A DNA stretch of 64,000 nt from an uncultured Candidatus Saccharibacteria bacterium (GCA_964576615.1 CAZNUU010000004.1:4663-68662); one strand, 5' to 3'. Counted from the first letter of the stretch, positions 18,749 to 27,358 are shown. A program made the numbers and translations. The notes: generated by a model from the sequence alone, not told the origin.

Positions 18749-19278
18749 AGTCTCTAAAAGTTACAATAGTAATACTGGCTCTAGTTTCTGCAGTACTTTT
18801 TTATGCGAAGTATTATATCTATCAAAATATAAAAGAGATTAATCAAAATGTCTCAGTCCTGGAGAACGGGCTCTCATCTTCGGACGAGAGAAGGGCATAC
18901 CAAATTGCAACTAAAAAAAATATAGCGAATCTTGAACCAGAAATAACCAAGATAAATAATTCAATCATCGCAAATGGTGAGGATGTTAAATTTATTGAAG
19001 ACTTGGAAGCCTTAGCCAACAGCAATGGTTTAAGTATCGATATAAGCTCCCTTTCCTTCGAGGACGATCCGAAAATCTCTTCCTCAACAATCACCACTTT
19101 TGTTATCAAAGCAAAAGCAAAGGGGGGGTGGGCCGGTAATTATACATTCCTCGCAGAGATGGAGTCCTTGCCCTTTAAGGTAAAGATCAATCGATTTGCA
19201 CTATCTAATATTGGCTTAGATAGCGGAGCAATTGGTTGGCAGTCAGATTTTGAAATGAGGGTCCTCAAATACAAATAA
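18745..19278 (+). CDS. pilO: PilO-like protein.
   Basis: An N-terminal TM segment, a coiled region, then a C-terminal domain. Its ATG overlaps the pilN stop in an ATGA arrangement. Confidence 0.45.
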   Translation: MKSLKVTIVILALVSAVLFYAKYYIYQNIKEINQNVSVLENGLSSSDERRAYQIATKKNIANLEPEITKINNSIIANGEDVKFIEDLEALANSNGLSIDISSLSFEDDPKISSSTITTFVIKAKAKGGWAGNYTFLAEMESLPFKVKINRFALSNIGLDSGAIGWQSDFEMRVLKYK

Positions 19279-19604
19279 TGAAAAAGATACTTGAAAAGTT
19301 AAAACCATATTTGGAAAAAATGAAGATGGGTAATTCCTATCGCAAGGAGGGAATTTGGCCAGAACGTGACTGGAAAATAATTCTGTCAGTTACTTTTATT
19401 GCTGTAATACTTGTCGGAGGGTTGTCAGTTTACTTTTACTTAGAAATTGATCAAGGCAACCTTTTTCAGGTTGAAAGCGCTGGGATGAATCAAGAATTAA
19501 AAATCGACGCTGGTCTACTTACGAAAACTATTGGCGAGATAAACTCAAGGCAGGATGCTCTCGCAAATATTAAGAATAATGTGCCGAAAGATCCGTCTCT
19601 TTAA
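19278..19604 (+). CDS. Small single-TM pilus-operon protein (PilP-like?).
   Basis: Its start overlaps the pilO stop in a TAATG arrangement. One TM segment. Confidence 0.35.
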   Translation: MKKILEKLKPYLEKMKMGNSYRKEGIWPERDWKIILSVTFIAVILVGGLSVYFYLEIDQGNLFQVESAGMNQELKIDAGLLTKTIGEINSRQDALANIKNNVPKDPSL

Positions 19605-19636
19605 TTCGAGTCAATTTTCTGATAATCTAAAGCCAC

Positions 19637-19708
19637 GCTCTCGTAGTTCAATGGATAGAACCGCGGACTTCTAAGCCGCTGATGTAAGTTCGATTCTTAC
19701 CGAGAGCA
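19637..19708 (+). tRNA. tRNA-Arg, anticodon UCU.
   Basis: The acceptor stem is GCTCTCG/CGAGAGC. The anticodon stem is GCGGA/GCCGC with loop CTTCTAA. The T-arm is GTAAG-TTCGATT-CTTAC. Confidence 0.8.
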
Positions 19709-19717
19709 CACAGACGA

Positions 19718-19746
19718 AATAATTCCCTTGAAGGGAATTTTTCGTA
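19718..19746 (+). terminator. Hairpin and T-run after tRNA-Arg. It is homologous to the hairpin after tRNA-Lys.
   Basis: ataattccct-tgaa-gggaattttt. Confidence 0.55.
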
Positions 19747-19820
19747 CTTGTGTGAGGCAGGCTGAGGGGCCGAGCCGGGGTCGCGGAAAATTTCAGGAGA
19801 AATTTATCTGTGACCAATAT

Positions 19821-20321
19821 TTATCCTCTTGAATCCGCACTTGGTCCGTAAATTGATGGCACTTTACCGCCCATTGGCCTAAGGTGTGTTGAAAGTTGGC
19901 CGCGGTGATGGACGAGGTCGAGTAAAAATCCCCAAACAATTTTTGCTTTGGTGTCTTCCCAGTCTGCCTTGCCGTTTGTAAGAAGGCTTACTTTCTTTTG
20001 CCAATCATCCTCTGACATTTTTGCTACCAGGCCTTCTACTGTTTTCATGTTATTAATAAAGACGTTTGCTATTTCTTCTGCCTTTTCCCATTTTGGCTCT
20101 GGCCATTTAACAAAATCAACTTCTCTACCTTCCACAATTGCAACCAACATATCGGATTCAACCCCAAACGTGTGTTTCATCAGCTCCAGAGTTGTTCTCG
20201 ATCTCTCATCATGTTTGTAGGAGTGTTTAGAATCTGGAGTTTCTTCCACCGCCTTAAAAACTCTTTCAAACCTAGGCATCTCGTCTTTTAATGTTTCTAA
20301 AAAAAATTGTTTGTCGGACAT
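19821..20321 (-). CDS. DinB/YfiT-like (DinB_2) metal-dependent hydrolase family protein.
   Basis: It has an HHRGQ motif. 166 aa. Confidence 0.55.
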   Translation of the reverse strand: MSDKQFFLETLKDEMPRFERVFKAVEETPDSKHSYKHDERSRTTLELMKHTFGVESDMLVAIVEGREVDFVKWPEPKWEKAEEIANVFINNMKTVEGLVAKMSEDDWQKKVSLLTNGKADWEDTKAKIVWGFLLDLVHHRGQLSTHLRPMGGKVPSIYGPSADSRG

Positions 20322-20485
20322 TGTTATAAAAATTAATTGTTAATGTGTAACAGAGGACTCGAGTCTTACAGACTCTGTATACCTTTTCTGTTTTTTGTTT
20401 CGTAAGCTCACAAAAAACTATCAAAGGTCTTCGAGTCCTCACGAAAATGCTCCCAGCATTTTCTCAGTGCGCACATGCACACATG

Positions 20486-20558
20486 TGCGCACTAGAGGAC
20501 TCGAACCTCTGACCTACCCGGTGTAAACGGGTTGCTCTACCAACTGAGCTAAGCGCGC
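20486..20558 (-). tRNA. tRNA-Val, anticodon UAC.
   Basis: The acceptor stem is GCGCGCT/AGTGCGC. The anticodon loop is TTTACAC. The T-arm is AGAGG-TTCGAGT-CCTCT. Confidence 0.8.
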
Positions 20559-20607
20559 AATAAAAGAAAGAATATAATACATTGTTTAAATTGTAAAATA
20601 ATGTAAA

Positions 20608-21306
20608 ATGGTCCAAATGAGTGGGAAAATTCCGGAGTGCCTTGGCATTATCATGGATGGCAATCGGCGCTGGGCCAAAAGTAAAAACCTTCATACTTTA
20701 AAGGGCCACAGTGCAGGAGGGGAGACTCTTAAAAACGTTGCCAAATGGGCCAAGGAGGTCGGTGTTAAGCATTTGATTCTTTATACTTTTTCGACAGAGA
20801 ACTGGAATAGGTCAGAGGAAGAGGTTTCATATCTTCTTAAATTAATCGGTGAAGTTATTGAAAAAGAGCTGCAAAACTTCAACAAGGAAGGTGGTGTTTT
20901 GCATTTTGTCGGTGATTTATCTAGGTTCTCAGAGGATCTTCAAGCAAAACTAATTAAAGCAAGGGATTATACTAAGAATAATCCTGGCCCTCATATTTAC
21001 TTTGCATTGAATTATGGGGGAAGACCAGAGATTCTTTCTGCGGTAAAAGAAATAGTAAAGGAAAATCCTAACCCCGATGCAATTACAGAAGAATATTTTG
21101 GCAAGCACCTGCAAACTTATCCTATGCCAGATCCAGATCTCATTATCCGAACCTCCGGAGAGATGAGATTGTCTGGCTTTCTGCCATGGCAGGGTGTTTA
21201 TAGTGAATTATTTTTTACAGATACTCTGTGGCCAGATTTTTCCAAGGATGAGTTTTTGAAAATTATCGAGGAGTATGGGAATCGGGAGAGAAGAAGGGGA
21301 AAATAA
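20608..21306 (+). CDS. uppS: Undecaprenyl diphosphate synthase (cis-isoprenyl transferase).
   Basis: The motifs HLGIIMDGNRRWAK, LILYTFSTENW and RTSGEMRLSGFLPWQ are present. Confidence 0.85.
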   Translation: MVQMSGKIPECLGIIMDGNRRWAKSKNLHTLKGHSAGGETLKNVAKWAKEVGVKHLILYTFSTENWNRSEEEVSYLLKLIGEVIEKELQNFNKEGGVLHFVGDLSRFSEDLQAKLIKARDYTKNNPGPHIYFALNYGGRPEILSAVKEIVKENPNPDAITEEYFGKHLQTYPMPDPDLIIRTSGEMRLSGFLPWQGVYSELFFTDTLWPDFSKDEFLKIIEEYGNRERRRGK

Positions 21307-22022
21307 TGGAACCAACTATTTTATATGAGGATAATGAAGTTTTGAGTATAAATAAGCCAGCTGGATTGGTTGTTCATTCTGATGGGAAAACTAGAGAGAT
21401 AAATCTAACTGATTGGATTCTAAAAAATTATCCGGAAATAAAAGATGTGGGCGAACCCGGGCGGACTTCTTCCGGCAAGATCATTTTGCGTCCAGGAATT
21501 GTTCACAGACTGGATCGCGAGACATCAGGTGTCATACTTATCGCAAAAACACAGAAGTCATTTGAAAATATAAAAAAACAATTCCAGAGTCATCAAATTG
21601 AAAAAATTTACCATGCCTTTGTCTTGGGAGAAATGAAAAATGACCAAGCTACTATCGATAGGTCAATCGGCAGAAGTTCAAAGGACTTCCGAATGTGGTC
21701 AGCACAAAGGGGAGCTCGAGGCGAGATGCGGGAGGCAATTACCGACTATAATGTCCTGGCTAAAAAGGATGGCTATTCTTTTGTAGAAATAAGACCAAAA
21801 ACTGGACGGACTCATCAAATCAGGGTTCACTTTAAGGCAATTAATTATCCTTTGGTTGGAGACTCTTTATATGCACCTAAAAGACCAAACAGCCTCGGTT
21901 TTAAGCGGCTAGCCCTGCACTCTCATCAAATTTCTTGGTCAGATTTAGATGGCAAAAAACACACTACAGTTGCTCCATACCCTGAGGATTTTGAAGAGGC
22001 AATAAAGATATTGCAAGTTTGA
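21306..22022 (+). CDS. RluA-family pseudouridine synthase.
   Basis: The catalytic Asp motif HRLDRETSGVILIAK is present. The N-terminal LVVH segment is also present. Confidence 0.8.
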   Translation: MEPTILYEDNEVLSINKPAGLVVHSDGKTREINLTDWILKNYPEIKDVGEPGRTSSGKIILRPGIVHRLDRETSGVILIAKTQKSFENIKKQFQSHQIEKIYHAFVLGEMKNDQATIDRSIGRSSKDFRMWSAQRGARGEMREAITDYNVLAKKDGYSFVEIRPKTGRTHQIRVHFKAINYPLVGDSLYAPKRPNSLGFKRLALHSHQISWSDLDGKKHTTVAPYPEDFEEAIKILQV

Positions 22023-22041
22023 ATTTCGTATGTTATCTTAA

Positions 22042-22458
22042 ATGCCTATGGAAATTAAGTCTCCAGTAAAAATAACTGAGAGAAAAGCACTAGATATAAG
22101 ATCTGGCGATACTATTCGTGTTTGGCAAAAAATTAAGGAAAAAGACAAAGTAAGACTCCAGGCTTTTGAAGGTTTAGTTATTGCAGTTAAACATGGCAAG
22201 GAAGCAGGAGCTACTTTTACTGTGAGACGGGTTGCATCTGGAGTCGGAGTTGAAAAAATTTTCCCACTATATTCTCCGATGATTGATTCAATTGAAACAG
22301 TGAAGAGATCAAAAGTTCGAAGAGCAAAACTTTACCATGTTCGGGAAAAAGCTGCTAAAGAAATCCGAAGACAGATGAGAAATATATTGGAAGTTCCTGA
22401 AATCGAAGAAGAAATCGCAGAGGAAAATACAGAAGTAAAAGAGGAAGTAAAAGAATAA
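22042..22458 (+). CDS. rplS: 50S ribosomal protein L19.
   Basis: [61 protein letters not shown] matches L19. It has an acidic C-terminal extension. Confidence 0.85.
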   Translation: MPMEIKSPVKITERKALDIRSGDTIRVWQKIKEKDKVRLQAFEGLVIAVKHGKEAGATFTVRRVASGVGVEKIFPLYSPMIDSIETVKRSKVRRAKLYHVREKAAKEIRRQMRNILEVPEIEEEIAEENTEVKEEVKE

Positions 22459-22462
22459 CTAG

Positions 22463-22544
22463 TGCCCAGGAGAGGACTCGAACCTCCACACCTTACGGCA
22501 CACCCACCTCAAGGGTGCTTGTCTACCAATTTCAACACCTGGGC
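22463..22544 (-). tRNA. tRNA-Leu, anticodon GAG.
   Basis: The acceptor stem is GCCCAGG/CCTGGGC. The anticodon stem is CACCC/GGGTG with loop TTGAGGT. There is a long variable arm. Confidence 0.75.
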
Positions 22545-22625
22545 GCACTAAGGAAGTATATTGAAATTAATATTTAATTTCAATCTAGATTTTAAGCCAG
22601 TTTTTTGCTATAAATTGGAAATAAT

Positions 22626-22698
22626 GGTGGCTATGGTGTAGTGGTAACACAGAGGCTTGTGGAGCCTTTATCTCCGGTTCGAATCCGGATAGCCACCC
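22626..22698 (+). tRNA. tRNA-His, anticodon GUG, with G-1 encoded.
   Basis: The 5' end GGTGGCTA carries the extra G that pairs with C73. The anticodon loop is TTGTGGA. Confidence 0.75.
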
Positions 22699-22780
22699 AA
22701 GAACTGCAGTGCATAACTTGTCTTTCGTATGTTTTTAAGGAGTTATTATTATATAAGGTTTATTATTAACTTATATCACT

Positions 22781-23137
22781 ATGACTAACAACAAAAAAGT
22801 AGAATGGCTTTTACGTGTTGGTGTTTTTGGTGAGTTTTTGGGACACGGTATGCTAGCTATAAATGGCAAAGCAGACTGGATTTCTTGGATAGTCAAACTT
22901 ATTCATGTAGATACCGGTACTGCTACAACACTACTTATGTTAATCGGTTTCTGTGATATTTTGGTTGCTATCATTGTTTTACTTAAGCCTCTTAATCCAG
23001 TCCTTTTGTGGGCAGCCTTCTGGGGATTTTGGACTGCATTAGTTAGGCCAATCGTTGGTGTAGGCTGGCTTGATTTTGTTGAGAGATCAGCAAACTGGGC
23101 AGCACCACTTGCTCTCTACTTTTTCAACAAAAAATAA
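22781..23137 (+). CDS. Hypothetical membrane protein.
   Basis: A hydrophobic 118-aa ORF. Confidence 0.45.
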   Translation: MTNNKKVEWLLRVGVFGEFLGHGMLAINGKADWISWIVKLIHVDTGTATTLLMLIGFCDILVAIIVLLKPLNPVLLWAAFWGFWTALVRPIVGVGWLDFVERSANWAAPLALYFFNKK

Positions 23138-23140
23138 TTA

Positions 23141-23482
23141 ATGAAGTCTCATCATAATTTATACGCTGCTATTGTTTTAGGTATTGTTGCGGGACTTTTG
23201 AGCACTTACCCTTTCCTTCTCGGTCCTTACGAAAGTTTCTTTTTGTGGGGAATGGTTGCTCTCGGTCTTGGGTTTTTTGCACACGGTAATAAACAAGCTA
23301 TGTGGAGTGGTGCTTACTACGGTTTCTTCTTGTCTTTATCTTTTCTTTATTCAAGATTTGGTGGTGGGAGTGAGAAGTTTTTGACTTATAGTGTTTTTGT
23401 TCTGGGTATGAGTGTCCTGGGAATTGTAGTTGGGGTCTTCACTTCTCTTGTGGGTTCAAAGCTAAAAGGTCTCAAACAGTAG
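23141..23482 (+). CDS. Hypothetical membrane protein.
   Basis: A hydrophobic 113-aa ORF. Confidence 0.45.
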   Translation: MKSHHNLYAAIVLGIVAGLLSTYPFLLGPYESFFLWGMVALGLGFFAHGNKQAMWSGAYYGFFLSLSFLYSRFGGGSEKFLTYSVFVLGMSVLGIVVGVFTSLVGSKLKGLKQ

Positions 23483-23494
23483 CTCAAAATAGAA

Positions 23495-23525
23495 GGAGCC
23501 GCACCCTCTGGTGCGGCTCCGTTTT
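23495..23525. terminator. Bidirectional GC-rich hairpin terminator. Its stem sequence is shared with the hairpin at 31965-31996.
   Basis: ggagccgcacc-ctctg-gtgcggctcc. It is flanked by T-rich runs on both strands. Confidence 0.6.
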
Positions 23526-23540
23526 GTCTGTCTTGAAGAT

Positions 23541-23888
23541 CTAGGCGCTCGGCTCCGGCTGGTCGGATGACCAGTTCACGTCGGTGCCGTCGGGCTGCCG
23601 GAATGCCGTCACACCTCGGATCGACCTGCACTTGGCCTCGAAATCGAAGCCAAGCTTGTCCTTGGCATAGGCTCGCATTTCTGGCCCCACACCCCCCTCG
23701 ACTTTCAGGCCGTGAGCCGCCTGAAAATCGGCGTTCCGTTTCGAGCCGGTTTCTCCGAACTCACCATCGACAAGGATTCCTTCGCCGAAGCCTCGCTCGA
23801 TCAAAAACTCAAGCCAGGGGTCGACGTGCGGCCCCTTCGAACCCACTTCCATGTATGGCGGTGGGGTAAAGCCATTAATGACAGCCAT
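23541..23888 (-). CDS. GC-rich small protein with a peptidoglycan-binding (PG_binding_1-like) domain (cassette D).
   Basis: A 115-aa protein from the ATG at complement 23886-23888, with AGGAGGT 4 nt upstream. The C-terminal half, ADFQAAHGLKVEGGVGPEMRAYA, resembles a PG-binding domain. The promoter TTGACT-N16-TAATAT lies at 23903-23933 on the minus strand. Confidence 0.55.
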   Translation of the reverse strand: MAVINGFTPPPYMEVGSKGPHVDPWLEFLIERGFGEGILVDGEFGETGSKRNADFQAAHGLKVEGGVGPEMRAYAKDKLGFDFEAKCRSIRGVTAFRQPDGTDVNWSSDQPEPSA

Positions 23889-23953
23889 CGCTACCTCCTG
23901 CGAGCATATTACTTGGGGATGCAATAAAGTCAAATAGATATATAATATTTCTC

Positions 23954-24481
23954 ATGTCAAAAGAATACTCGGTGCATCTTGAAACAAAAAAATATCAAAC
24001 TAAATACAGAACTGAATTTATTACAATCACAAAAGATGTAGAACACGCTATAAAAAGTTCTGGTATAAAAACTGGTACAGTTTTAATTCAAACTTATCAT
24101 ACTACTTGTGGTATTTGGGTAAACGAGGATGAAAAAAATTTAATAGGTCCAAGCGAAGTTTTAGGATACACCTCGGACTTGCGAAAAGTTTTAGATAGGT
24201 TTGCCGATCCCATGCATGACTATGGCCACAATGATGTTAACCATGCCCAAAACCCAAAAGGCAAACGGGATACTCATCTCTGTGAGCCAGATGAAAATGG
24301 GGTAATAAATGAATGTATAAATGGTCATGCTCATGCGCAAGCTCTGATGATCCATCCATCAATTTCTCTTATTGTAGAAGGCGGCAAGATCTTAAAAGGC
24401 AGATGGCAGGAAGTTATGTTAGTTGAGCTGGATCATGATAGGGAAAGGCAGGTGTCATTTCTGGTTAGTGGTATTAAGTAG
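23954..24481 (+). CDS. YjbQ/UPF0047 family protein.
   Basis: The motif TGTVLIQTYHTTCGIWVNEDE is present. The promoter TATAAT at 23940-23945 is very close to the ATG, so the transcript may be leaderless. Confidence 0.65.
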   Translation: MSKEYSVHLETKKYQTKYRTEFITITKDVEHAIKSSGIKTGTVLIQTYHTTCGIWVNEDEKNLIGPSEVLGYTSDLRKVLDRFADPMHDYGHNDVNHAQNPKGKRDTHLCEPDENGVINECINGHAHAQALMIHPSISLIVEGGKILKGRWQEVMLVELDHDRERQVSFLVSGIK

Positions 24482-24672
24482 CATAAATTCTCTTTCTCAT
24501 CATATTTCTCAGAGAGCACGGATATTTTCTTGCTGAAAATCTTCTTACAGAAGCTGTACACCTTTCGCTACTACGTGCTCAAGGTCTTGCGAAGCTTCCC
24601 TTCTCACCTCGTGATTGCGAAAGTGCGCTCCCAAGGCTCTCTTCGAAACATGATTCAACAAGATTTTATGCT
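24478..24672 (+). repeat. Copy 3 of the conserved-core element. It is an expanded variant with a ~100-nt internal insertion, flanked by an imperfect ~37-bp inverted repeat.
   Basis: The start of the core gagcacggatattttcttgctgaaaat lies at 24514. The end of the core gtgcgctcccaagg lies at about 24624-24637. The flanks agcataaattctctttctcatcatatttctcagagag and ctctcttcgaaacatgattcaacaagattttatgct are complementary at about 27 of 37 positions. Confidence 0.55.
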
Positions 24673-24687
24673 AAAATTACCATCATA

Positions 24688-25560
24688 ATGGAAAATGTTC
24701 TTGTTACAGAAAAATCTTCCGATTACGAACTACTAGATAGTGGGGATGAAGAAAAATTAGAAAGATACGGCAGTGTAATTTTATCCCGGCCCGATCCCCA
24801 AGCTATTTGGAAAAAAAATCTTGTCCCAGAGAGATGGCAGGAGGCTAGAGCAATATTTAACAGGAATGGTGCGTCTGGTAAGTGGAAAATAGAAAGAGAA
24901 ACTCCTGATCCTTGGCGGATTCACCTAAATGGTCTCACTTTTAATTTAAAACTTAATCCCTCAAAACATGTTGGTGTTTTTCCAGAACAATCTGCGCATT
25001 GGAAATGGTTGGAAGAGAAAATAAAAAAAGATTTTTCGGGACAAAAACTAAATATCCTGAATCTTTTTGGTCACACTGGTGGAGCATCACTTGCCTGTGC
25101 TCGAGCTGGGGCCAAAGTCACTCACGTTGATAGCTCCAAATTTGTGGTTGATTTTGCCCACAAGAATTTAATTGATTCGGGACTTTATGATAAACCGGTC
25201 AGGTTTATTGTGGATGACTGTCGAAAGTTTGTGGAAAGAGAGATACGGCGCAAGAGCAAGTATGATGTTATTATCCTCGATCCTCCCGTTTATGGTAAAG
25301 GTAAGAAAGGTGAGATCTGGAAAATAGAAAAAGATTTACCAGATTTTGTCCTGAGACTAAAGGGGATTCTTTCAGCAAAGCCAACTGCAATTGTTTTAAA
25401 CGGTTATTCTTCTTCGTATTCAAATATTACCTATGCCCAGATTCTTTCTCCACTAGTCTCGGATCTTGGTGGGGAAGTTTCCTCTGGAGAGCTGGGGATT
25501 AGGGAATCCAGTAGCTCACGCATTCTACCATCGGGTATTTTTGCTCGCTGGGAAAAATAA
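24688..25560 (+). CDS. Class I SAM-dependent RNA methyltransferase (RlmI/RlmK-like catalytic domain).
   Basis: The motifs LNLFGHTGGASLACARAGA, VTHVDSS and VIILDPP are present. Confidence 0.6.
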   Translation: MENVLVTEKSSDYELLDSGDEEKLERYGSVILSRPDPQAIWKKNLVPERWQEARAIFNRNGASGKWKIERETPDPWRIHLNGLTFNLKLNPSKHVGVFPEQSAHWKWLEEKIKKDFSGQKLNILNLFGHTGGASLACARAGAKVTHVDSSKFVVDFAHKNLIDSGLYDKPVRFIVDDCRKFVEREIRRKSKYDVIILDPPVYGKGKKGEIWKIEKDLPDFVLRLKGILSAKPTAIVLNGYSSSYSNITYAQILSPLVSDLGGEVSSGELGIRESSSSRILPSGIFARWEK

Positions 25561-25561
25561 A

Positions 25562-26092
25562 ATGTACGGAATTGATATTTTTGTTCAACGGTATTTATCA
25601 TCGACCCCAACACCATCTTGGGTCGAGTTTTACTATTTAATCACTGGTCTTTTTGATTTCTCACTAGCATTTATTCTTGTTTCGATCCTGGTTTCATTTT
25701 TAATATATTTGATTAGGGGTGTTCGTTACTCACTTCTTTTTCTGGTAACCGTAATTTCAGGCGGGGTTATTGTATACCTACTCAAAATCTTCTTTAATGT
25801 GCAGCGGCCGCTTCAATCCATAATCACAGCTTTTGGTCCAAGTTTCCCTAGCTATCATGCTACGATCTCAACTATCTTTTTTGTCATGCTTATGTATATT
25901 TTTGACCAGTATTATAAGGGCTTTTGGCGATATCTGTTTAATGCTTTTTGTATTTCTTCTGTAATTCTGGTTGGTTTGAGCCGTCTGTATTTGGGAGTTC
26001 ATTGGCTAAGCGATGTGCTCTTTGGAATATTTTTAGGGATTTTAATAGCTTATTTTGCCGTTATAATTTTTAGAAATGTGCTAAAATATTAA
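25562..26092 (+). CDS. PAP2-family membrane phosphatase (BcrC/UppP-like).
   Basis: The motifs PSYHAT and SRLYLGVHWLSDV are present. The start was chosen at 25562 to avoid overlapping the upstream gene. Confidence 0.55.
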   Translation: MYGIDIFVQRYLSSTPTPSWVEFYYLITGLFDFSLAFILVSILVSFLIYLIRGVRYSLLFLVTVISGGVIVYLLKIFFNVQRPLQSIITAFGPSFPSYHATISTIFFVMLMYIFDQYYKGFWRYLFNAFCISSVILVGLSRLYLGVHWLSDVLFGIFLGILIAYFAVIIFRNVLKY

Positions 26093-26118
26093 GTAAATTA
26101 TTAAGTAACAATATTTAA

Positions 26119-26925
26119 ATGCTGTTTCAAAACCTAAGTGATTCACAGAAGCAAAATCTTTACAGGGCTTTTCTTGCTACCGTAGTTCTCCTCGCAGTAT
26201 TTTTGGGGGTTAAAGTATTAAGCTCTCTTAAGGAATTAGAATATATTGGTCGAGGCACATCTGCGGCCAACGTTATTGCGGTCTCTGGTAGTGGCGAGGT
26301 TTACGCTGTGCCAGATGTCGGTTCCTTCTCTTTTTCGGTTGTGGAAGAAGGCAAAACTGTAAAAGAAGCTCAGGACAAAGCTTCTAAAAAAGTAAATAGT
26401 GTTATCGATGCGATTAAGAAAATGGGCATTGAGGAGAAAGATATAAAAACAACCGGATACAATTCTTATCCAAAATATGAATATTCCCAAGCCCAGATCT
26501 GTACCAATGGTTACTGTCCGCCATCCAGGCAGACTCTAATCGGTTATGAAGTAAATCAGAATATAACTGTAAAAGTCCGAAAAACCGATCAAGCTGGAGA
26601 TGTGCTAACAAAGGTTGGGTCTCTGGAAGTTTCTAATATAAGTGGACTTGATTTTGTGATTGATGATATGGACAAGGTTCAAAGCGAAGCGCGCGACAAG
26701 GCAGTTCAGGATGCAAAAGAAAAAGCCAAAGTTTTATCAAGAACACTTGGAGTTAAGCTAAAAAGGATTGTTAATTATTACGAATCGGGGAATCAGCCAC
26801 CGATCTATTATGGTATGGAAGCTAAGGCAATGGGGGGGACCGATATGATGCCTACTGTTCCAGAAATTCCAACCGGGGAGAATAAGGTGGTTAGTAATGT
26901 AGTTATTACCTACGAAATAGAGTAA
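26119..26925 (+). CDS. SIMPL (DUF541) domain protein.
   Basis: An N-terminal TM segment. The sequence is typical of the DUF541/SIMPL family. Confidence 0.6.
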   Translation: MLFQNLSDSQKQNLYRAFLATVVLLAVFLGVKVLSSLKELEYIGRGTSAANVIAVSGSGEVYAVPDVGSFSFSVVEEGKTVKEAQDKASKKVNSVIDAIKKMGIEEKDIKTTGYNSYPKYEYSQAQICTNGYCPPSRQTLIGYEVNQNITVKVRKTDQAGDVLTKVGSLEVSNISGLDFVIDDMDKVQSEARDKAVQDAKEKAKVLSRTLGVKLKRIVNYYESGNQPPIYYGMEAKAMGGTDMMPTVPEIPTGENKVVSNVVITYEIE

Positions 26926-26926
26926 A

Positions 26927-26952
26927 ACTTCCAAATTTGGAAGTTTTGTGGA
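26927..26952 (+). terminator. Perfect 10-bp palindrome followed by a T-run, after the SIMPL gene.
   Basis: aacttccaaa-tttggaagtt, followed by ttgtgg. Confidence 0.5.
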
Positions 26953-26953
26953 T

Positions 26954-26982
26954 TGACATTCAATCTTTTTTAAGATATAAAG
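26954..26982 (+). promoter_or_regulatory. Promoter of cassette E: TTGACA, a 17-nt spacer, then TATAAA.
   Basis: TTGACA lies at 26954-26959 and TATAAA at 26977-26982. GAGGTG lies at 26991-26996 before the ATG at 27002. Confidence 0.5.
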
Positions 26983-27001
26983 CTTCAGCAGAGGTGCTTT
27001 C

Positions 27002-27319
27002 ATGAAGAGAGAAGATTTTTTGGCCGCACTGGCCGATATCATCCAAGACCTTCAAGGTCTGGATTTCGGTCAGAGTCACGAAGATCTGTTTGGCTACGTA
27101 ACTCGGATTCTCCGATCCCGTAGCCTGCTCGCCTGGGAAGATTCCGATGCGGCCCAAGCAGGTCATAACGAGCTTGTGAGGGCTGTCGTCTCGATGTATC
27201 ATCTGCCGTCGGACACTCATCCGGTTGTAACGGCACTGAAGGTTCGGCGACTCGAAGAGAAAGCGTGGAACTATTACCACGACCAGTTCACTTATCATGA
27301 GGTGGTACAGCACGGTTGA
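27002..27319 (+). CDS. GC-rich small cytoplasmic protein of unknown function (cassette E).
   Basis: 105 aa. It has its own promoter, SD and terminator. Confidence 0.5.
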   Translation: MKREDFLAALADIIQDLQGLDFGQSHEDLFGYVTRILRSRSLLAWEDSDAAQAGHNELVRAVVSMYHLPSDTHPVVTALKVRRLEEKAWNYYHDQFTYHEVVQHG

Positions 27320-27326
27320 GATGGTG

Positions 27327-27358
27327 GGGCGACTAGGCAGATGCCGATGTCGCCCTTT
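27327..27358 (+). terminator. GC-rich hairpin followed by a T-run. Its stem is shared with the hairpin at 52228-52258.
   Basis: gggcgac-(15 nt)-gtcgccc, followed by ttt. Confidence 0.55.
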
